Below, piece after piece: positions 56,199 to 64,000 of a stretch of 64,000 bases of DNA. A program made the translations under genes and the position numbers. This DNA comes from Octopus vulgaris (lineage: Eukaryota): assembly GCA_951406725.2 (NCBI GenBank), contig OX597820.1:118048001-118112000 (forward strand), written 5' to 3'. How positions within the stretch are numbered: position 1 is the first letter of the stretch; each line of letters opens with the position of its first letter. A model generated the notes under the pieces. It saw nothing but the letters and a program-made list of their open reading frames with translations, had not been told where the DNA came from and did no database searches.

Positions 56199-56866
56199 GA
56201 TACGGAGCAGACAACACATCAGAAAGTGATAAGTGCAGAATTTGTGGACAAAATGGTGAAACCGTATGGCATATTACCAACCAATGTACGTCACTAGCCC
56301 ATAAGGAATATAAGAGACGCTACGATGATTTAGCAAGGCTTTGCAACAAGTATAGACTTGACAGAACAAAAAATTGTTGCGACCACAGACCCGAAGGCAT
56401 CATCGAAAATGGAAATGCGAAGATCTTATGGGATTTTATGATTTAGTGCAATCATGAGATAGAGAACAGGAAGCCAGACATAGTCTTAATTGAGAAAAAC
56501 AAACAAACTATGCTGGATCATAGATATAACATGCCCAGCTGACAAAGAGATATGCGATAAGGAAGAAAGAAAAGTTGAGAGATATGACAGGTTAGCTTGA
56601 GAGGTTAAGCAATTGTGGTCGGTGAAAAAGGTAAAAGTAGTACCAATAATTGTCGGAGCCCTGGGAATAGTGAGCAAAAATCTCGTGAAGTACGCGGAAC
56701 AAATAGGGGCTGCAATAAGGGTGGAGCACTTGCAGAAAACAGCACTGCTTGGAAACGCTTGAATACTCCGGAAGTTGCTCGAAAAATAAGATGTGTTAAC
56801 TTAGTTCACTGGTAGTGAACAGCTGACACTGTAGTATATCTCCAGCGTTAGAAGCTGTGCAACGGC
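56199..56866 (+). mobile_element. R4/Dong-type 3' fragment (another subfamily)
   Basis: KCRICGQNGETVWHI..C, ILWDF, NRKPDIV, IIDITCP, IIVGALG, LQKTALLG; (TAA)n on both sides. Confidence 0.88.
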
Positions 56867-56879
56867 AATAATGATGATG

Positions 56880-56922
<43 letters not shown>

Positions 56923-56944
56923 TGATGATGATGATGATGATAAT

Positions 56945-57176
56945 AACCTTTGCTACTACAGTCATAAAACATGAAATCTTAGTGGTGGTCGTGGGAGGAA
57001 GGTAGGGTTGGGGTCTAGTCGAACCCCAGGAATTGACCAGTTCTTATTTTATCGGCCTCGAAAGAATGAAAAGCAAAGCCAACCTCGGCGGAATTTGAAC
57101 ACAGAACGTAAAAGACGGACGAAATACAGTTAAGCATTTTGTCCGGCTCTCTAACGACTCCCCGAACTCGCTGCCA
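56945..57176 (-). mobile_element. SINE group C, diverged
   Basis: ACCTCGGCGGAATTTGAAC..GACGAAATAC. Confidence 0.75.
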
Positions 57177-57679
57177 CACAATAATACCAAATAATGATTT
57201 CTCTAATTACAATTATTGTTGTTTTCGTTATTACAACAAACATAGTAATTATTGTTTCCGCTATCCTTTTTCCTTGTAGTTGTTGTTGTTGTCGTCCTCT
57301 TACTGGTTGTTCACGTCAGTACCGTTTCATTACCGTCGTCGTCATGTTGTTGTTGTCGTTTCTATTGTTCAATTACAAAAGACTAATAGATACATTTCAG
57401 AATGAGTTAGGCTTCATACTAATATCGAAATTTCAAGTTTCATGTGTCACTCGGACACTTTGTATACACATCGTGGTCGTCGTTGGTTTGTGTTTGCATT
57501 GTCCGCCAGGTGTGTCGCCATCTTGAATGACGCTTTTGTTAAAATGGCGAATTTGCTTCCTATTTGTTCTTATTTACTCTTAACGGATAATGTTTCTGCT
57601 GAGTGGCTGCTGATGTAAAACGCAATCACAATGCAGAGTTTATATAGAAATAAGGAAGTGAGTTGAAGAAAAAAATACA

Positions 57680-57694
57680 TTATATATGTGCATA

Positions 57695-57777
<83 letters not shown>

Positions 57778-57916
57778 ATATTCATATGTATATATATATA
57801 TATATAAATACATATAGAAAATATAAATGTACATATATATACATGATATATATATTTATGTATGTATATATTTATATACATACATACATACATACATACA
57901 TACGTATATATATATG

Positions 57917-57964
<48 letters not shown>

Positions 57965-58210
57965 CAAATAGAAAATATAAATGTACATATATATATATAC
58001 ATGCGTGATATATATATATGTATGTATATAATTATATACATACATACATACAAACATACATACATATATATATATATATATGTACATATACATTCATAGA
58101 CACAACACATACACGCTTATATAGTAAGGCATGTGCATATATATGAATGTAAATATATATCATTTCATATATATATATATATATACATACACACACATAC
58201 ATATATGCAT
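57680..58210. repeat. (TA)n-rich region with an internal duplicated block
   Basis: AAATACA.ATAGAAAATATAAATGTACATA at about 57806 and 57960. Confidence 0.85.
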
Positions 58211-58472
58211 ACACACTCTCGTATATGAAGCGCTCATAATCATAGAACGAAAATGAATAGATCCGCTCATATATAAGAGAAATAAATGACGCTGACACAC
58301 AAACACACACTCACACACATACAGACGCACGTACACACACACACATATACACGCATAGAAATGTGAGAAACGAGTATGAAAAAAAAGGCCCAAGGGACAA
58401 AAGTAAGAGGAAAAACAATCCAATCAAAAGCAACACTAATATTCTCATTTTTGTTAATGTGTAACTTTTATC

Positions 58473-59110
58473 TCATCATCATCATCATCATCGTCATCAT
58501 CGTCGTCGTCGTCATCGTTATCATTATTATTTACCTCCCCATTAGTGTCCTCAGCTTAGTTATTGTAATCGTCGTCATCATCATCTCCATCATCACCACA
58601 GTCCTTGTCGTCGCCTCCCTCGTCCTCTTCTTCTTCTTCTTCTTCTTCATCATCTTCTTCCCCTTCTTCTTCTTCTTCTTCTTCTTCATCATCATCATCA
58701 TCTTCTTCTTCTTCTTCTTCTTCTTCTTCTTTTTCTTCTTCTCCTTCTTCTTTTTCTTCTTCTTCTCCTTCTTCTTCTTCTTCTTTTTCTTCTTTTTCTT
58801 CTTCTCCTTCTTCTTCTTTTTCTTCTTCTTCTCCTTCTTCTTCTTCTTCTTCTTTTTCTTCTTTTTCTTCTTCTCCTTCTTCTTCTTCTTCTTCTTTTTC
58901 TTCTTCTTCTCCTTCTTCTTCTTCTTCTCCTTCCTCCTCCTCCTCCTCCCCTTCTTCTCCCCCTTCCTCTTCTCCTTCCTCCTCCTCCTCCTCCTCCTCC
59001 TCCTCCTCCTCCTCCCCTTCTTCTCCCCCTTCCTCTTCACCTTCATCATCATCATCATCATCATCATCTTCTTCTTCTTCTTCTTCTTCTTCTTCTTCTT
59101 CTTCTTCTTT
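58473..59110. repeat. Compound (CAT)/(CTT)/(CCT) microsatellite
   Basis: Direct reading; source of poly-F/S/E/K pseudo-ORFs. Confidence 0.95.
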
Positions 59111-59664
59111 GTTCTTCTTCATCTTCTTCTTTCTTCTCCTCCTCCTCCTTATCTTTATCCACTTCTTCCTCTTCTTCACATCCTTCTCTTCTTCTGCTCT
59201 CCCTCCTCCTCCTACTCCCACCCAATTCCCCTCTCCGTCCCTCCCCTCCCCACCCACCCCTCTTCCCCCTCCTCATCACCACAGGTACTACCACCATCAC
59301 GACCACTCTCCCCACTCCTTTCAAAAGTCCTCGCCGTTACTTCGGCAACTTCTCGTCTTTCCCAGTCTAAAAGTCTAACTTCACACGAACAAAAAGCTTT
59401 ATAACACAAAATGTGATTAATACATTCTCGCCACTTCTTCATCTTTTATAAAACCCCTCCTCCACCCCCTGCTCTCCTACACCGACCTGCACCACCCCAG
59501 CTCTCCACTACTTCCTGTTCCCCACAACCTCCTTCTCTCCACCCCCTGCTCTCCACCATCCCCGCTCTTCACCACCTCCTGCTCTCCACCACCTCCTGTT
59601 CTCCACCACCTCCTGTTCTCCACCACCTCCTGCTCCTCACTCCTCCTGCTCTCCACCCCCCCTC

Positions 59665-59830
59665 TGCTCTCGTCTGCGTTTCCTGCCGTGAGGTTGGTTC
59701 ATCCAGAAACCTTGACAGGAAGAGATCCAGTCTTGTTTTGAAAGCACCTACACTCAGCTCATGCAAGTCTTTCAGGGAAGATACTGAAGGGATGTGGACC
59801 CTTGAAAGCCAAGCAGATTCATCAGATTTC
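59665..59830 (-). mobile_element. CR1-like LINE extreme 3' fragment
   Basis: SVGAFKTRLDLFLSRFLDEP resembles the CR1 ORF2 terminal motif SV..FK..LD.FL..PD.P. Confidence 0.6.
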
Positions 59831-60331
59831 GTGATTCAATATTCTAGTCCCTAATTTAATCATGTCTTACATTCTACAACCAGCGAATATATAATTGACT
59901 TATGTTTCCTGAAGAAAATATAACTAAACGATGAATATTTGCTAACGGGAAAAATATCTAAATTTAGTCTAGAAAATCTCACTCCTTCATAAAAAGTAAA
60001 TAATTTGAAGGATAGCCACGTGACAAAATTCTCCATGTTGACATGTGTGAGAAGACATGCTTTTGGTTGTAAATGACATCATTCGATCGTAGGACGCATG
60101 CGTATCTGCGTCGTTCCGCTTTCGTTAGCTACGAAAACCAAATATGTCATTCACAACCAGAATAATAAGAAAATTATTCTAATTAAAACAACAAACGGAA
60201 TGTTTGCTAATATGTGAAGAGCTTTGTCGAGCTACAATTAAATAATGTCACAGGAGGCAGCATTAAATAAAAAATATTCATGTAGAATCATATCTAACAC
60301 GGTGGAGTGTATTCGGGCGGGATACGTCTCA

Positions 60332-60435
60332 GCTTGGAATCGAACTCGGAATGTTGGGGTTAGTAGCCCGCGCTCTTAACCACTAAGAGAGCGAGCTGCT
60401 AACCCCAACATTCCGAGTTAGATTCCAAGCAGTGA

Positions 60436-60440
<5 letters not shown>
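60332..60440. mobile_element. tRNA-like SINE head present twice as an inverted repeat
   Basis: 47-bp arms 60332-60378 and 60384-60430 (4 mismatches); the minus copy reads AGTGGTTAAGAGCGCGGGCTACTAACCCC..GAGTTCGATTCC (A and B boxes). Confidence 0.8.
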
Positions 60441-60518
<78 letters not shown>

Positions 60519-60550
60519 ATGGTGGTGATAATGATGATGATGATGATGAT

Positions 60551-62163
60551 GGGAATCAGGCATTCAGTGATGAGGGAAAGGACCAGGAGAGAATGTTATC
60601 GCTGGGTGAGAGCAATACTTAAGATAGAGCTGAATGCAAGAAACAGTAACAAAATCGGGAAAGGAATATCTAAGTGAATTCCAAATACAACAAATTCCAG
60701 AATTAGGCATAAGAGAAACAAGCGCAGAAAAAGTTAAGCGCATGAAAACCCGTGCTAAAACTGCTGCCTTAGATATTCTGACTGATAAATGGCAAGAAAA
60801 ACCTCTCAATGGCAAATATCCAAAGAGAACGAATAATGACGATGTTGACAAATCCCTTACCCATCAATGGCTAATGGCCTCTGGCTTAAAATCTGAAACA
60901 GAAGGGTTTATCATAGCAGCCCAAGATCAATGTCTACCTATGGGGAACTATCAGGCCAACATATTAAAGAACGTCAGCTGCCCAATATACTCTTTACTCT
61001 TTCTCTTTTACTCTTTTACTTGTTTCAGTCATTTGACTGCGGCCATGCTGGAGCACCGCCTTTAGTCGAGCAAATCAACCCCGGGACTTATTCTTTGTAA
61101 GTCCAGTACTTATTCTATCGGTCTATTTGGCCGAACCGCTAAGTGACGGGGACGTAAACACACCAGCATCGGTTGTCAAGCAATGCTAGGGGTACACAGA
61201 CACACAAACACATACACATACATATACATATATATACATATATACGACAGGCTTCTTTCAGTTTCCGTCTACCAAATCCACTCACAAGGCATTGGTCGGC
61301 CCGGGGCTATAGCAGAAGACACTTGCCCAAGATGCCACGCAGTGAGACCGAACCCGGAACCATGTGGTTGGTTAGCAAGCTACTTACCACACAGCCACTC
61401 CTGCTGTTGACATATGTGTATGTCAACAACAAAATGAAACCATTGATCATGTTGTCACCAAGTGCAGTCTTCTTGCGCCTACAGAGTATCTCAACAGGAA
61501 TGATAGAGCTGCACAATATATTCAATGGGTAATTTGCAAAAGCCTGGATTTGCCCCATGATAAAAACTGGTGGGAACGCAAATCACCTCCAGTGCTTGAA
61601 AATGATCACATCTCACTCCTCTGGAACATCACTATTCAAACTGACAGAAAGATAGATGCGAATAGGCCAGATATTATATTGAAAGACTTCAGGCAAAAAT
61701 CATGCCTCCTCATTGATATGACTGTCCCAATCGATATAAACGTATCTGTCAAGACCCACCAAAAACTGAGCAAATATAAAGATCTTGAAACAGAAATTAG
61801 CAAAATGTGGAACCTGAAGACTAAAACAATACCTGTCGTCATACGTGCCCTAGGAATGATAGCAAAAGGGGCTGATTGCTACATAGCTTAGATACCAGGA
61901 AACCCCAAAATGGCAGAAATTCAAAAGATAGTGTTCATGGGAACTGCCCATATCCTACGCAAAATACTTTCTATGTAACCTCAAGTTTTAAAACAAACAC
62001 AATTTTCTTATAGTTTCTTAAACATTCTCTAGAACAACACTATGTACAAAACCAATGGCATAACACCGTAGGCATAACACCGACATGAACTTCTAACTTG
62101 TTGTCTCTTGAGGTCTCTGGGTGAGACTTGGAGCCAACTTGTAAAGCAAAAGACAAACATAAA
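60551..62163 (+). mobile_element. R4/Dong-type fragment with internal deletion, interrupted by a group A SINE
   Basis: WQEKPLNGKY, LKSETEGFIIAAQDQCL, NRPDIILKD..LLIDMTVP, KLSKYKDL, IQKIVFMGTAHILRKIL; AAT/GAT tracts on both sides. Confidence 0.9.
60988..61403 (-). mobile_element. SINE group A nested in a Dong fragment
   Basis: Full-length match. Confidence 0.9.
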
Positions 62164-62231
62164 ATAATAATAATAATAATAACATCGTAATATACCTTAG
62201 GAATGAGAACCCAGGTTCAAAATTTCCCTAA

Positions 62232-62277
62232 GATACCTGATGAAAGCTGGAGGGTATATCAGCCGAAACGTTGTGTT
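62232..62277 (+). ncRNA. Putative minimal type I hammerhead ribozyme (Penelope-like)
   Basis: GATAC-CTGATGA-A-AGCTG(loop)CAGCC-GAAA-CG-TT-GTGTT: core boxes, stem II GCTG/CAGC, palindromic AACGTT in place of stem III, stem I GAUAC/GUGUU. Confidence 0.6.
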
Positions 62278-62669
62278 AACAACAAACAAGATGAGGACAA
62301 ATATCCATCAAATGTAAATAATGTACACAGGTCCTCATCTCTTAAATATAGAATTGAAAAACACCTACAACAACAACAACAACAACAATAACAACAACAG
62401 AAACAGCAACTTTGCAGTATATACAATAAAGACATTTTTTCTTGTTTTTTAAATTAAAATTCTTTATTATATTCAAAATAATCTTTAAGATGAAGAGTTT
62501 GCAGAATTCTTTGCACGTAGGACATAATACATAGCAGTATTTTTTCCGGCTCTTTACATTGTGAGTTCAAATGCTACCTTTCAACCATTCAGGGCTGAGA
62601 AAATAAAGTACCAGTGGAGTATTGGTGTCAATGCAATCGACTTGTTCCCTACCCTTAAAATTGTTTCAT

Positions 62670-63047
62670 ACTATACGCACAAGGCACGAAATTCTGGGGG
62701 AGGTGCTACGTTTATTGCAGTGTCCCCCACCCGTGCTCAACTGGTGCTTATTTCATCGACCTCAAAAGGATGAAAGACAAAGTTGGTCACAATGGAATTT
62801 GAACTCAGAACGTAAAGACGGATGAAATACCCATTTCTTTACTACCCACACGGGGCTAAACACAGAGAGGACAAACAAGGACAGACAAACGGATTAAGTC
62901 GATTATATCGATCCCAGTGCGTAACTGGTACTTATTTAATCGATCCCGAAAGGATGAAAGGCAAAGTCAATCTCGGCGGAATTTGAACTCAGAATTTGAA
63001 TACGGCTACGCATTTCGCCCGGCGTGCTAACGATTCTGCCAGCTCGA
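62670..63047 (-). mobile_element. SINE group C dimer
   Basis: Junction GAAATACCCATTTC at about 62824-62837. Confidence 0.85.
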
Positions 63048-63684
63048 CCTCCCTTCAAAATTGTCAGACTTAAACCTTGCAACTAAGCGGTGTCCCGTTC
63101 AAACGGAATGTGATCTCGGTCACCTATACGTCATGGAAACCGGGTAACGATACTTATGTGTCCTAGAGCTCCAGAAGAAAAAAAAAAACGCTGCAACCCT
63201 TTTAAATGGTGCCCCTGAGTCTATTCGTGTCCTTAGAATGTGAACCATCGTTATAGGCACGACCGCTGTATGGTTGCAAGAAATCATCATGTGTTCGAAC
63301 GCATCTGAGATGCCAGCAACGGAAATGACCCACACTCGGTGGATGGCGCTGGTGTTTGGAAAGTGAAACGAAAGAAAAATGAAAATTGTACTTTTGCATA
63401 ATGGTTGCTTCTGCCATTTTGAATTAATTTTGTAGGTTCAGCAGAAATAAGGTATTTGTTTTCAATAAGAATGGATTGAATAGATATAATCAGTTACCTA
63501 TCTACTAATAGACTGCACTGTACGTCGAACAAAAATAAAAAAAATATTTGCCGTTGTCGATTGCCTTTAAGGATTTTTCCATTTGTTTACGACAAAGATT
63601 TTTCATATATTAATTAATAGATAATTCTGGAGAGGTTATTACTTGGCGTTGGTGAAAGCTGGGAAGAAACAACAGGAAGGATTG

Positions 63685-63718
63685 ACTACTACTACTACTA
63701 CCACCACCACCACCACTG

Positions 63719-63781
<63 letters not shown>

Positions 63782-63809
63782 GCTACTACTACTACTACTA
63801 CTACTACTA
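63685..63809. repeat. (CTA/CCA)n microsatellite
   Basis: Direct reading. Confidence 0.95.
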
Positions 63810-63817
63810 CATTAATA

Positions 63818-64000
63818 TTGGTTTCAAATTTTGGCACAAGGCTAGCAATTGTAGGGAAAGGGCTCTGTCAATTATATCGACCTCAGTACTCAACTGGTAC
63901 TTATTTTACCGACCCCGAAAGGGTGAAAAGCAAAGTCGACCTCGGCGGAATTTGAACGCAGAATGCAAAGACGGACGAAATGCCGTTTAGCAATTTGCCT
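63818..64000 (-). mobile_element. SINE group C, runs off the window
   Basis: CGACCCCGAAAGG..AAAGTCGACCTCGGCGGAATTTGAAC. Confidence 0.8.

Noticed and set aside
58376-59404. 342-aa Phe-rich and Glu/Lys-rich ORFs
   Set aside because: Compound trinucleotide repeats with no splice or domain evidence

Overview
AT-rich, gene-poor eukaryotic DNA made almost entirely of microsatellites and transposon debris. The SINE repertoire looks like that of an octopus (inference from recognised repeat types, not from a search). I found no convincing host protein-coding exon; nearly all long ORFs in the track are microsatellite artefacts. Real coding remnants are all transposon-derived. They are five 3'-end copies of an L1/Tx1-type non-LTR retrotransposon joined to (TCTA)n tracts, six R4/Dong-type restriction-like-endonuclease retrotransposon fragments in (TAA)n tracts, a decayed mariner, a mariner-derived foldback element, RTE and CR1 fragments and a probable short Helitron. 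Three abundant tRNA-derived SINE groups (working labels A, B, C) and a 196-bp tandem array are also present. Best leads: (1) an apparently (TCTA)n/(GATA)n-specific Tx1-like retrotransposon with a structured, covarying 3' UTR; (2) a tRNA-headed SINE-like element with a Penelope-type minimal hammerhead ribozyme, split by a Dong insertion; (3) SINE multimers with a fixed palindromic junction; (4) a satellite whose unit carries intron-like splice signals. Coordinates of diverged repeats are approximate.
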